A stretch of DNA of 64,000 nt from Octopus vulgaris (Eukaryota). The stretch lies in NCBI GenBank assembly GCA_951406725.2, contig OX597817.1:136586001-136650000 (forward strand), written 5' to 3'. Under the pieces are notes generated by a model that saw only the letters and a program-made list of their open reading frames with translations, did not search any database and was not told the DNA's origin. A program made the translations under genes and the position numbers. Positions 13,021-26,560 of the stretch are shown here, one piece after another; the stretch's first letter is position 1; each line of letters opens with the position of its first letter.

Positions 13021-16000
13021 TATATATGCTTATGAGAATAGATAAATTTTTTTTTAAATGTACAGCTACCCCTAACAACAAATTCAACAATTTTATAAAG
13101 TAAAAAGTGGAGGAGATTCTAGAAAATAGGTCCTTTCTCTTTTCCTCTAACACCTGAGCTGAAGGTTAATTATTATTTTTTGAAATTTTAAACAGAAACT
13201 ACTTTGTTTTTATGTCTCCCTCACATTTCATGAAGAACAAGTCTGTCTCAAAAATATCTTCTCTCCTGATTAATAACTTTCTAAAAACTCATTTTATTCT
13301 TGAATGGCTCAAATTTTAAGGACTGAAAAAAAGAAAAAAAAGACAAGTATCAATCACTCACTTATTTTGATTAAACTGTGCTATATATTATTTTCATGTG
13401 CAGCTAATACTGTAACACTGATATACAGCTGTACTATACTATATATTATTGTAATATACAACTATATTTATTAGAATGCAGTTGAACCAACAGGGTGCAA
13501 CGAAATGCCACATCTTAGGATATCTATGCTCTGTCGAAACACATGCCAGACAGAGATTTAAAGTGAATGTAGTGTATATAATACTGTAATAAACATGTTT
13601 TTCACGATGTACAATTCTCCTTTCTTATTTTTTTTAATACCTGGTGTATACACACACACTACTGTGATATACAACTATACTATATGTTACTGTAATATAT
13701 TGTTAGTAGATCAGTGATTTACAATAATATAGTAGTCATCGTGGTGGTTAAAGCGACTCAGCAGCAGTGACTGTGTTATGATAATATAGTTCTACACTCC
13801 ATTATATTATTGTTATACTATAATACTACACTATGTTATTTTAATATGCAACAATAAATGCTATACCACTCTAATATACACATATACTTTGTTACTGTTA
13901 TACACATCTCTATCATGTTGTTTATTAACAACTATATGTTATCATTAGTATAAGTTACTTGTTTGTAGTCTTAAGTTCAAATTTCCTCCTGGTTAATTTT
14001 TGTCTTGTACAGGGTTTGATAGAAACGGACTGGGGGTCACTTTGAATTGAGTATTCTTTCTGTAGATATGTCATTATTTTTATCATTGGGCAAAGAGTTA
14101 GCAAATGGATTGAATTGTTTATTTTAGTTTTGTACTCTGAATTTCTGAGTTCATATCCTAGCCTGAATAATAAACTCTACTTTATTTTCTGGGCATTGCT
14201 AAAGTTTGTCTCAAACACTCATGAATTTAGGTTCAATTCCATCATGTGCTACTCTTCCCGTAATTGTCTTCTGCTTCAGCCTTTGAGAATGGAATATAGT
14301 AAATGGATTTATGCTTTATGTTTACAAATATTAATTCGGATGTTCAGTTGTGTTCCTTTCTATTGGAAATGCCACTTAGCAATTTAATAAACTTATTGGT
14401 GCAGGTGGTGCTCTAGCATGGCCATGGTTAGATGACTGAAACAAGCCAAACAAGAAAGACTATTACCATCTTTTGAGTCGATCATAATTTCCCTGTTTTT
14501 AATTAAAACAAATTTACTGTTGTTATAAATGAGAGGAGGAGGAGGAGGAAAAAATGGGGGTGAGGCTTTATATACAGTTTTATTCTTTATAAAATTATTT
14601 TTTATAAATTCAATTATTTAAGAATAAAAAGTAGACCTATTTCATGTATGAATTAGAATTTTGGATATAAGTAAATATATGAATATGTATTGTGTGTGTG
14701 TGTGTATGTGTGTTTAGAATTTCTCACTTGCATAAATATGAGTTTAAACTACGAGACATGTGTTTTTGTATGTCTCTCTAAATATATTTGCCTCTCTTTG
14801 TGTGTGTGTGTAATATTATAATAATGTATGCGTGTATTTATATATTTTACAAACACTCAAATTCTTGGTAGCTAATTTTTTCTCAATAATGTCATGAATA
14901 TATATAACATACATTCATCATCATATGTCAATTTATATATATATATATATATATATCCACATGTACATACATTCATGCATATATATATGTTTATGCACAC
15001 GCACATATTTATACATACATTATATATATTTATATGTATACACAAACTCATATATAAACACATGCACATCCCTTTATATTATATGCGTGTTTGTGTGTGG
15101 ATATAATAATTAATTTTCTTACTTTATTTATGATATAAACATCTCAGTCTTGTAAATATGTGTGTCTGTGTCTTGCACACACACACACACACACAGCCTT
15201 GTCATTATATATACTCAAGTGTTCTATACATACACAATCAGAGTGATACTGTTGTCTATAATAAGCTGGAAATTATTAATTATTTTTTACCATTTTATTA
15301 TTCATAATATGTAAATCATAGAACATATTCCTGATGATATTTTTCTTGTTCATCATTAAATTATTTTTTCAAATTTTGTTGTAATTTTTGACTGTAAAAT
15401 TATAAAAATATAACAATTTCAGTAGATACAGAAAAGTGAAGATATTATAGATTGCTTATGTTCTCTTCTCCACAATATATTTCTATCAAATTTAATCAGT
15501 AAGAAGCCTTATTGAAATTTTGATGAGAAATTTCATTATTGTTGTTGATCTTCTTGTTTCTCTATTGTCATCATCATCATTATCAATGTTATCAATGCCA
15601 TCACTTACACCGCTGATGATGATGATGATGATGGTAGTGGTGGAGGCTCAGCTTTAAATTTTACAATTGTTTTTGTTGTGCTAGCATCATACACAGTTAA
15701 TAATAGTTGTTGTAATAATGTGCTATTTTTATCACATTCTACTTGCTTTTCCTCTGCATTTTTCAATTTTAAATCATACCGTCTTCTTACTTTTATTTTA
15801 TATTTCATTATATTTATTTATTAATTTTTATTTCTGTTGATTTAATATATGTTGTTTTAAAAATATCACTACTACACTCAATGCCATTTTTTTTCTTCTT
15901 CTCCCTTTCTTTTTTCAAGTTCTTTGTGATTTATTTATTTATTTATTATTCAAAACCAATTTCCAATTAGCTTCTTTATCTATATAATTTACTGAATCAT

Positions 16001-17119
16001 TTCAATGTACTTGATGTTCACTTCTAATGAAATTGTTTACCAGAAAAACAATTATCCATTCTGCTAGCTTTTTATAAAAGTTTAGCCAGGAAGCTATAAA
16101 AACTGGTTTATAAGATTGTTGCAGGTTTTTGTTTAAATTTGTTCTTTGTACAGACCCCAACCCCAACCCAATATCATTTATCCCATGCAGTAGACTATGT
16201 CCTGCCACACACATAGATTTACATTAAGTACACTGCACTAACATATATATTTATTAATGCTCATACAGACACACCCACTCTGTACTTGCTTGCTCACTGA
16301 TGTTTCCTTCTCTTTGTTTGCCTTTAGTTTAAATATGTTTTCATGTGTGTGCCAGGGTGTGTATGTGTGTGTGTGTGTGTGTAGCAGGTGTATGTTTGAA
16401 CTGTTTTAAGTAGTACAGATGATGGCATATTCCCAGTGTATCAAGTCTTTGAACCAGTTTTTTTTTTTTAATTCCTGGCCGTAACTATTTCATTTACTCT
16501 GCGCTGATAGTGTTGGGATCTGCATGAATGTCGCATCTTCCATAATTCTTTATCCACTGAAGTCAATAAGAACTATCCTCTAGGATCAGCAAAGATTTAT
16601 GACACTATGTAAGGTTCACAAACTTTTCAGTCTATTGCCCTTATACCCCCACCCACCCCCAAAAAAATGAAATTCAACCACTCAGCAAAATACTATGGTA
16701 ATTTTCAAATTTAGTGGAGTGGATTAAAAAAAGAGAAAAGAAAGAAAGGATTGGTGTAATATATACATTCAAAAATCTGCTTTAATCAGTTTTAATGTAC
16801 AATATGTGAATGTTTCAAATGTTAACGATGTTCATTGTTAAAAATCAAAGAGAGATAATTTATGTAACAGTGTGTTAACAAAGATATAAAATGTATTTCA
16901 AAAAATGTTACCTGGTTATTACTCTTTAGTTTCTGTGACAAATGTTTATTGCTAGAGATATTGGTAGATTGTATTTTATCATTAATTAATAATGGATTGA
17001 TTTTGTTGTTGGAAACATAGTAAAACTTCCTTTTAAATTTACTCCACTAAACACCAGGAAAAATTGCTATATAAGTTTAATCTTCCAATAAGCTTTCTTC
17101 TGTCTTTCGTGTGTGTTTA

Positions 17120-17680
17120 ATCATTGTTCAACGTCCGTTTTCCATGCTAGCATCGTTTGGCTGGTTTGATTGGCAAGCCATAAGGCCTCACCAGGCTCCA
17201 ATCTGATCTAGCAATGTTTCTACATCTGGATGCCCTTCCTCATGCCAACCATTCTGAGATTGTAGTGGGTGCTTTTTACGTGCCACTGGCATGGGAGCCA
17301 GTCAGGCAGTACTGGCATCAGCGCCATATTTGGATGGTGCTTTTTGTGTGCCACTGGTACGAGAAGCCAGTCAGGCAGCTCTGGCAGCAATCCACGCATG
17401 AATGGTGCTTATTGTATGCCACCAGCACTGGTAACAACCACAACTACCATTTCCATTTGATTTGATTTTGATTTACTTGACTCAAAAAGTCTCCTCAAGC
17501 ATGGAACGTCCATGGTGATTCAAAGGTACCTTTTAAATGGGCTAGTTATGTGACACTAGGCTATGGCTGTGATCTCACTTTCCTTGCCAGGTCTTCTCAT
17601 CACGGCATATCTCCAGAGGTCTCGGTCTTTCATCATTGCCTCTGTGAGGCCCAACGTTCGAAGGTCATGCTTCACTATAT
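17120..17680 (-). mobile_element. RTE LINE 3' end including ORF C-terminus
   Basis: The minus strand at about 17675-17580 encodes VKHDLRTLGLTEAMMKDRDLWRYAVMRRPG, the RTE C-terminal DL..LGL....DR..WR motif. The family-B 3' UTR follows. Confidence 0.85.
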
Positions 17681-17789
17681 ATATATATATCATGACTGTA
17701 TCCTACACCAGCTTCACAACCCATTCAAAGTACCTTGGATTGTAGGACAACCTGCTGTACTTACCTTGGATTGTAGGGCGACCAGCTAT

Positions 17790-18181
17790 GCTTGAGGAGA
17801 CCTATTGAGTCAAGTACATCAACATCAAAATAAAAATCAAATGGAAATTGTAGCTGTGATATCTGTGCTGGTGACACGTAAAAAGCACCATCCGAATGTG
17901 GTCGATGCCAGCACCGCCTTGACTGGCGTCCATGTTGGTGGCATGTAAAAAGCACCAACTGAGTGTGGCCGTTTCCAGCCTCCTCTAGCGCCTGTGCCGG
18001 TGGCACATAAAAAGCACCCACTACACTCACGGAGTGGTTGGCATTAGGAAGGGCATCCAGCTGTAGAAACATTGCCAGATCAGACTGGAACCTGGTGCAG
18101 CCTCCTGGCTTCCCAGACACCATCAAACCGTCCAACCCATGCTAGCATGGAAAACGGACTTTAAATTATGATGATGATGAT
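17790..18181 (+). mobile_element. RTE LINE 3' UTR copy (family B)
   Basis: It has three GGTGGCAC.TAAAAAGCACC units, then GGAAGGGCATCCAGCTGTAGAAAC and ACCCATGCTAGCATGGAAAACGGAC, ending in a (GAT)n tail. Confidence 0.9.
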
Positions 18182-18404
18182 AAAATTGGTAGCTTTCTAT
18201 ATTTCAATTCAATCATTATTTTAATAAGGACTGAATAGTGTAGGACTGTTGTTTGCATGTAAAACCTGTTATTTTAAAAACTTCAACAGGCACAATTAAT
18301 TGAAAGAAATTATCAAGTACCAAAAACTATTCAGAGAAAATGAGATGAAGTAGTTTAGCATCCTGATGCAGTGGAGGTAAATAATGCCGTAAAACAATTC
18401 CTTC

Positions 18405-19400
18405 TAACTGATGGACTTTGTATTGTTAATGTGATTGGAGAGGACTTGATGACTGCTTAGAGTGGAGTGAATATCCAGGTGAAAATGTATAATTTTTAAT
18501 GTTAGGCCACCACATTCATCACTTATTTAGTGTGTTTTTGTGTTTATTTCATCATTTATATGACTAAATCCACTTTCAACTATTGAAAAACTTGGAAATG
18601 CAAGTAAAAATCTGTTGCTCCAGATATCCTTACACTCTTTATATTTGGACAATGAGCTTACCTCCAGGTCAATCAATTCTTGTCTGTATTTTTTTGTCTT
18701 CAACATAGAGTGAAGAAACAAACCAGTTGAGATCATAATGTTAAGATATTGATGAGTTGATTGTTATCTGAAATAATTTCATCTGCTTCTTGTTGTAGCC
18801 GTGACTGGAGAAATACTGAAAATTACCATGGCTAAAGAAGACTTATATCGACCAATCTTTACTTGAAATTCTAAAGTAAGCATTTAAGCTTGTATATTGT
18901 TTTCCTTTTAATCACTTCTGTGCTTTATTAGAATTATAAATTGTCTGTTAAATAAAACAGGTGATAAAACAGAGTTCATTATCTTAGTGATTCTTTCTCA
19001 TCATTGAAGAACTCTACAACTGAATCAAAAAATTCACCATCCTACGATGTCTCCTCAGGATAACCACCTTCTGTTTGCAACATCTTTCATTAGTTTTACA
19101 TCTTGATGCAAACTAATGAAAACCGTGTGGTTTTCTTTGCTTTTTCTTGTGAATAGATTTGATACATGCAAAGCATTTGAGGTGTTTTTCTTACATATTT
19201 TGAGAACTTTTTACTTTAGGAAAACTGAAAAATCTTGTTTGGTACCTACCAATTGTATTTCCTGAAGTTTTTGAAATAATTTCAATAAGAATATTAAAGA
19301 AAATAGTAAATTTTTTAAAACAATGTTCCAAATAATAATAAAAAAAAAAGTTTCATTTTTTGAGATATTTGGCAAAGAGAAATTCCTGAATATACTGCAG
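18405..19400 (-). pseudogene. Decayed hAT (Buster/Charlie-like) transposase
   Basis: Minus-strand peptides RRWLS*G...FDSVVEF, LLAFPSFSIVESGFSHIN and CGGLTLKI..FHLDIHSTLSSHQVLSNH match the hAT RW motif and the Buster-type C-terminal dimerisation region. The upstream boundary is uncertain. Confidence 0.75.
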
Positions 19401-19609
19401 AATTTTACATAAGCCATGACAGTATTAAAACATCTAAATATTGACTTTTCTGACTGGATACAAAAACTGAAATTGCTGACATTATGAATTTACTATCTTA
19501 CCAATATACTTGGCCATCTCCTCAATATAGTGTTGTACTCTTGTGTATGTGTTCCTTCAGAACTAGTCATAGTTGTAGTAATAATAATGATAATAATAAT
19601 AATAATAAT

Positions 19610-19818
19610 GGTTTCAAATTTTGCCACAAGGGCAGCAATTTCTGCGGAGGGGATGAGTTGATTACATTGACCCTCAGTGCTCAACTAGTACTTATTTTTA
19701 TCGACCCCGAAAAGATGAAAGGCAAAGTCAACCTCAACGTAATTCGAATGTAGCGACAGGCGAAATACTGCCTAGCATTTTATCCAGCATGCTAATAAAT
19801 CTGCCAGCTTGCCGCCTT
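19610..19818 (-). mobile_element. Family-A SINE in (AAT)n
   Basis: This is a full-length copy flanked on both sides by AAT repeats. Confidence 0.9.
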
Positions 19819-20189
19819 ATTAATAATAATAATAATAATAATAATAACAACAACAATATTCAGTTGCATGTGACATTGCATATATTGCTATGTTAAATGG
19901 CATATTATGAGATGGTCAGTTGTTAAATGATATTGAGCTCTGATGTTTTCCAAATCTTTCATTTGTCTTCAAAAATTAAAAATCTAAGTTTTTTTTTTTC
20001 TCTCATCTCAATACATCCTCTCAAAGACTTCATAACAAACACACAAGTATTATCTTACTAGTAACCATAGAAATAAAAATATATTTCCTAAACTCCAGTG
20101 AATATTACAAATATTTTTCTCCTTCACATCAAGGCCTGATATGCTGAATAATTAAAGAGTTTTGAATCCCAGTTCACTATAATATAAAA

Positions 20190-21409
20190 TAGAAAAGGGA
20201 GTCAAAAATTATCTCCACTTTTGCTCAAAAATTCTTTAGGATGGTTGCACAGTCTTCGGTGCCTGCATACTACTAGGTTGTACTCTTGTGATTGCATAAC
20301 AACGATTCAACCTTGATTGCTCCACTGGCAGTGTGCACTTAGGAGGAACAGTGGTCAGTGAGCTAATCTCTCTGGTCTGAAAATGTGTCAGGAGTTGAAA
20401 GTCATCACAAGCTTTCAGTGCTCTACTTTGCAGAAGTGTGTATGAGTAGATTAAGATGTTTAAAAATGGTTCAACGAATGTGAAGCAAAAAGTGGGAGCA
20501 AGATGCCCATCAACCTTCACCACTGACTTGAAGATTCAACAAGCTTCAGAGATGGTTCTGGCAAAGTGATAAGTGACCATTGATGAGGTGGCATATTCTC
20601 TGCAAATTAGTCATGGCTCTGCATATGAAATCATCCTCAACAAGCTTTACTTCTGTAAAGTCTGTGAGATGATGGGTGCCAAGAGCGCTTAATGGAAGTG
20701 CATAAATGCAATTGTGTGGAAATTTGTCACTGCTTACTTGAGTGCTACAACAATGAGAGTGAAGCATTTTTGGAGAGAATAGTTAAGGGAGATTAGAGCT
20801 AAGTCCACTACTTTGAGCCAGAATCCCAAAGGTAGACAATGGAGTAGAAATACTTGATATTGTCAGTGAAAAAGAAATTCAAGACTCTACCTTCTGCAGG
20901 AAAAGTGATGCTGTTTTTCAGGATGCAAAAGGGCTTATACTGGAAAATATTATCTAGAAAAGGGATCTCCAGTCACCAGTGTAGGCTATGGTGAAATGCT
21001 GGCCAACAAACTGAAACAGCAATTTGCACCAAATACCAAAGTCTATTATGAAAGCAAGTGTTATTGTTGCATGACAATGTACGCTCCATATGGCCACCCA
21101 CACTGTTGAAACCATTGAAAAATTGGGTTTTGCATCGCTGGAACACACTGCAAACAGTCCAAATCTTGTCCCTTCTGACTATCACCTCTTTAGACTGCTC
21201 AAACATTCTTTACAAGGTCATTGATTTACTGTGGACAAAGAACTGGGAAGCTGAAGAGGTACTACTTTGATGGAATAAGCAAACCTGCTGGAAGAATTAC
21301 ATTGGAAAGCAGGAGATGATGTTGAGAAATGATGTAATTGTTCAAACCCTGCTTTTTGTTTTAATAAATTACAAACAAGAATGCATTTAATTTTTGACTT
21401 ACTATTGTA
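20190..21409 (+). mobile_element. Near full-length decayed mariner element
   Basis: The TIRs TAGAAAAGGGAGTCAAAAATTA and its inverse at 21388-21409 match at 18/22. Relic peptides are PLAVCT*EEQ, SVYE*IKMFKNG, WVPRAL, VHYFEPES, LLHDNVRS and SPNLVPSDYHLF. Confidence 0.9.
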
Positions 21410-22676
21410 CAATAAAGCAAAATGAAATCCCAAGTCACTGTAATATAAATACAACACAAAGTTGTAATGATTTACAATGTAAGAATTATAATTATGGTAG
21501 AAGACTGATTTAACCACTTTAGCTTTTCATTTGGGTTACCAAGTTGCAAACCCATGCCAGCATGGAAAACAGGACATTAAATGATAATGGTGACTCTCTC
21601 CCTCTCCTCACACACACACACACACACATGTGCGGGCAATAGTTGTGCATTTCTACATTTCTTTTTAAGCTGTGAGCAGACAAATTATCAACACTCTCAA
21701 CTACGTACTCCTGCAAAACAAATATGTACATGGATACAAAACTGTTAAGTTTGTTGGTGAAAATGAACAAAAGAAATGAAACCCCAAAATAGTCAGAACG
21801 AGGGAAAAGGGTGTTGCTTAGATGTCTGTATATGTGTGTGTCTTATTGTATATTTACTAATTGGTCAGCAACCATATGAAAATACACAAAACTAATTTCA
21901 CACACATACAAACCTGCTCATACACACGGACTCATACACACACACACACACACACACACATATATTGGGAGATTTCTCTGTGCAAAGTACAATGACAAAT
22001 CAGCAATTAAAACACAATAAGTTTATGGATTTTGACTTATCTCATAGCTGGGGACTTGAATTTCAACTTGTCATCATCTGGTGTCACCTGTGAGAAGAAT
22101 CCTAGGAAATAAACTAGTTTGGGTATTGAATTTATTGGCTTTTTTGTAAAAAAAAAGAAAAAACAAAGTGTTTTATGACTGGAATAAATTATGGAAGTGT
22201 TTTTCACGATGTTCGTGTTGTAATGGCATGAGAAATTTGCCAAATTCTCAAACTGTTCTCTGCAACATCTATACCTCCATGACATGAGAAAACGGTTCTG
22301 GCTTTGGCAGATTTCTCTTTGCCAAAGATCACATGTGAATAACTATTTAAATTCAAACTTTTTCCACTCATGGATTTCGTAAGCTTCCTAGAATTTTATT
22401 CATGACCTATTGATCCCCAGCCAGTTTGAACACATTCTCTGTACAGCCCCATTAACCCCGGAGGGTTTTATAACAACTGTTTTAGGAATCTCAACAGTTT
22501 GAAATAACACAATTTTAGGAACAACATAAGTTAGCATTTATAGTAATCTGGTGAAATCCTGCTGCATTTGATCACTTAGCAACATCACAACAATAAATGT
22601 CTTAAACAGTGTTGTATGTATGTGCGTTACAATTGATGTAGGAACTTACAGAAACTTTATGAAACTGGTGGAGTTT

Positions 22677-22815
22677 CATCATCATCATCGTTTAACGTCC
22701 GTTTTCCATGCTAGCATGGGTTGGACTATTTTGACTGAGGGCTGGCAACCAGATGGCTGCACCAGGCTCCAGTCTTGATCTGGCAGAGTTTCTACAGCTG
22801 GATGTCCTTCCTAAT
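22677..22815 (-). mobile_element. RTE 3' UTR terminal fragment (family B)
   Basis: It reads (CAT)nCGTTTAACGTCCGTTTTCCATGCTAGCATGGGTTGGAC..CTACAGCTGGATG. Confidence 0.9.
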
Positions 22816-23902
22816 TTTACTGGAAAATACACATTGTGTTCTGCTACACATGCTTGGTGTTGTTTGTTGCACTATATTACACACTAATGGTGCTGAGTTG
22901 CCATACTATGTAACAGTAGCGTGTTCCAGCATATACCAACACATGACTAGTGTTGTGCAGCTACCTGACTATTTGCTTCATAACTGACTGGCATCTACAG
23001 TTGGATATCTTCATAACTAAGCAGCAATTTGTGTAGACAAAAGAGTAAGACCAATGTGTTTTGAAACTACAAATATACATCATATTTATATAAACAGCTC
23101 ACTAATCATGTTAGCTGGCATCTTCAATGGAATTCAGCTATGGGTAATGTCTTCCATTCTTGCTAACATAAAGCTGTAGCAAACAAGATTATACACACAC
23201 ACACACATGCACGCGTGTGTGCTTGTGTATATTAAATGTAAACAGAAAATATATAAAAAAAGAAATGAAAAAGAAAAGAAACCAAACATCTGGTCACACC
23301 TGGCACATGGTATTCCTTGTTTTGTATCCTTCCTATGTCTGTGTTTAGATTTAATATATACAAATTTATTCTTTGAACAATCCTGGCTTAATCATAAATT
23401 AATTGGTTTGTGTATCTCTGTGTTTATTTCTGTGTATTAATGTGTGTGTGTGTGTGTGTGTGTGTAATATTTTTGTTAAAGTATTTCTTAAACTATATTT
23501 ATTTGTTGCATCAAAAGTGTTTCAGACTTAGATTCTTCTTTGCAGTCTTGGAAGAGATTGGTTTTTCTTCTTCGGCATGTTAAACACTTCTCTAGGGAAA
23601 GGAGAATTTTATAGAAGCTATTTAACTTATGCAAATGGTCATGTTTGTAATGTCACCTGGTCTATATTATTTTCAAGTCTCCACAATAATTTCTATGTAC
23701 AAAACTAAAGCTGTAAAGCATCTTCTTTTTAAATGTTGAAAAAAGTAAAGATTAAAAAGGAATTTATGAAGATGACACAATAAAATACTTAAAGGAAATT
23801 GTGGAAATTAGTGTTATGAATATATAGTTTAACACTTGTTAAAAGTTAAGGAAGATCTCTGACAAACAAAGATAACTACTGGTAAATTCATTATATATAT
23901 AT

Positions 23903-24203
23903 ATCATCATCATCATTTAGTATATCATTATCGTTTAACATCCGCTTTTCATGCTGGCATGGGTTGGACAGTTCGACTGGGGTCTGGGAAGCCCGGAGGC
24001 TGCACCAGGCTCCTGTCTGATCTGGCAGTGTTTCTACAGCTGGATGCCCTTCCTAATGCCAACCATTCCGAGAGTGTAGTGGGTGCTTTTTACATGCGAC
24101 CAGCACAGGGGCCAGAGGAGGCTGGCAACGACCACAACCGGTTGATGCTTTTTATGTGCCAGTGGCACAGAAGCCAGTCAAGGCAGTGCTGGCATCAGCC
24201 ACA
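23903..24203 (-). mobile_element. RTE 3' UTR copy (family B)
   Basis: It carries the same diagnostic motifs as 5935-6300. Confidence 0.9.
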
Positions 24204-24204
24204 T

Positions 24205-24232
<28 letters not shown>

Positions 24233-24235
<3 letters not shown>

Positions 24236-24463
24236 TTCTTTACTACCCACAAGGGGCTAAACACCGAGGGGACAAACAAGGACAGACAAACGGATTAAGT
24301 CGATTACATCAACCCCAGTGCGTAACTGGTACTTAATTCCTTGACCCCGGAAGGATGAAAGGCAAAGTCAACCCCGGCGGAATTTGAATCCAGAATGTAA
24401 CGGCAGACGAAATATGGCTACGCATTTCACCTGGTGTGCTAACGTTTCTGCCAGCTCGCCGCC
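24233..24463 (-). mobile_element. Full-length family-A SINE in (TA)n
   Basis: The complete head-core-tail is present with the same tail as 8272-8432, and TA repeats flank both sides. Confidence 0.9.
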
Positions 24464-24524
24464 ATATATATATATATATGTATATTTATGAGAGAGAAAG
24501 AGAGAGAGTGAGAGAGATAGCGGG

Positions 24525-24692
24525 TGCTAAATATGTATAATACAAATATAGCCATTGATAAATATGTATGACATGTAACTACGAAAAATTTCTGTGATAT
24601 ATATATCTGTGTAGTCATTGATATATATGTATAAAATATATAGCTACTGATAAATATGTCTTTTAGACAGTGACTAATAAATATGTATGATG
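24525..24692. repeat. Degenerate minisatellite
   Basis: The unit (GC/GT)CAYTGATAAATATGTAT recurs several times at roughly 30-nt spacing. Confidence 0.5.
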
Positions 24693-24706
24693 TGTGTGTG
24701 TGTGTG

Positions 24707-24746
<40 letters not shown>

Positions 24747-25067
24747 CAGTTAAGTATACGTTGGGTCATACAGTGGTTTTACATCAATAAAGTGCTTGCT
24801 TAGCCCTATGGTTGATTCGTCAAACTCTAATGGTAAAGGCCATATACCTCCTCAAACTTTGGAGGTTGAAATTTTTTATGGTCATTTAGTAAGCAAGAAA
24901 TAATCAATTCGGGTCAGCGAGGTTGCTTCACATGGTAAAAGCAAGTTAAGGGTGGAGTTCCCCTTTTGCCATTTTGGACCATATGGACTGGTCTAAGGGA
25001 AATAACCTGTCCTCACTGACCCAGATGGCTTACCATGTGATTGTGATACAAACTTCGTATATATACG

Positions 25068-25226
25068 TGCAGGAGTGGCTGTGTGGTAAGAAGTTTGCTT
25101 CCCAACCACATAGTTCCGGGTTCAGTTCCATTGCATGGCACCTTTGGACAAGTGTCTTCTAGTATAGCCTTGGGCCATCCAAAGCCTTGTGAGTGGATTT
25201 GGTAGATGGAAACTGAAAGAAGCCCG

Positions 25227-25274
<48 letters not shown>

Positions 25275-25437
25275 GTGTGTGTGTCTTTGTTTACATCCCC
25301 GTGACTTAGCAGTTTGGCATAAAACACCAACAGAATAAGTACTAGGCTTACAAAGCATATGTCCTGCAGTTGATTTGTTTGACTAAAGGCAGTGCTCCAG
25401 CATGGCCCCAGTCAACTGACTGAAACAAGTAAAAGAA
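25068..25437 (+). mobile_element. Full-length family-C SINE, tail type 1
   Basis: It reads GGAGTGGCTGTGTGGTAAGAAGTTTGCTTCCCAACCAC..GGGTTCAGTTCC, has an internal (TA)n(TG)n, and ends in GTGCTCCAGCATGGCC..TGACTGAAACAAGTAAAAGA. Confidence 0.9.
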
Positions 25438-25974
25438 TATACATTCACAAAAATTCATATAAAGTAGATGGTATCCTATGTCCATACTACCTTGTTATGC
25501 TTTCCCCAATTCTCATCTACTTACTGAACCCTCTTCCCCACATGTTGGTTGTTGTCCCTCCACCCATACTGCCCCGTCAAGCATTCTCCACATCTCATCT
25601 CCCTTCCTACCCCTTCCATATCACATATTACATACTTCCCCCTACCACCATCCCTTATTTTCATTATTGTCCCTTCCCTCCTCCTCTGCCCTGCTTTATA
25701 TTAACAACACCTTGCATATCAGCTATCATTCCCAGCACCCACTCACACTATATAGTTGACCCTTATGTACCTGTAATTTTCACTCCTCATTGCTCATAGT
25801 CCCTGAGCCACTCCTTTCTCTCTCATCTTGCCCTCCGCCCATTCTGTTATATTTCACCAAGCTGCACCTTCGTCCTCATTCTTCACTTACTATATTTACC
25901 TCTATCCCCCCTCCCCGTATCTATATCTATATATATAAACACATATGTATATATAAACACATATGTATATATAA

Positions 25975-26030
<56 letters not shown>

Positions 26031-26189
26031 ACACACATATACACACACTGGTACACATGCATATATACATGTATATCTTCTACATGTATGTGTATGTGAT
26101 TATGCATATAGATATATGTCTGCAGGTTGGTAGCTGTAGATGTTTGTCTGTAGACGTGTGTGTGTGTGTGTAAATGAGTATGAATAAGT

Positions 26190-26560
26190 ATTTATGAGAA
26201 ACTTGCAGCAAGCCAACTGCTGTGAAAAGCTGAAATGCATGAATGGGTAAAACAAATGACAAACCACTTGACATGACAGGAAGACAACAATGTGTATGTG
26301 TGTGTATTTATGAAGAGGTTTGAGATCAACCTTGACACCTGGGAAATGCAAGCACAAGACCACCCTGTCTGGCACAGCTGCACCAACATAGGTGCCACCT
26401 CTTGTGAACAGAACACAAAGAAAATGCAAGATGCACAAGTTGAGAGCCAACTCTTTGCCTTCAGCCACAGCAGACCACCAGTTCCTGATCTGCAACACTG
26501 TACCCCCTTTCCCCAGATGACATCCTTGGTCATCATTGATAACAATGGACAAACTAACAA
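26190..26560 (+). mobile_element. Second RTE-clade (BovB-like) LINE 3' end
   Basis: MKRFEINLDTWEMQAQDHPVWHSCTNIGATSCEQN matches the WE..A.DR..W motif. The end is TGGTCATCATTGATAACAATGGACAAAC. Confidence 0.7.

Noticed and set aside
13380-13950. TA/CTA-rich block with recurring CTATA..TTACTGTAATATA
   Set aside because: It is a degenerate low-complexity minisatellite with no constant unit.
17864-18018. Repeat-spacer pattern resembling a CRISPR array
   Set aside because: The context is eukaryotic, there are no cas genes, and the same spacers recur in other copies of the RTE 3' UTR.
22040-22092. Possible minus-strand micro-exon after TTCTTCTCACAG
   Set aside because: The donor-like site reads ATAAGT rather than GTAAGT, and the peptide is uninformative.
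24756-25062. Possible TA-flanked MITE (TATACG...CGTATA)
   Set aside because: The inverted match is too short to support TIRs.
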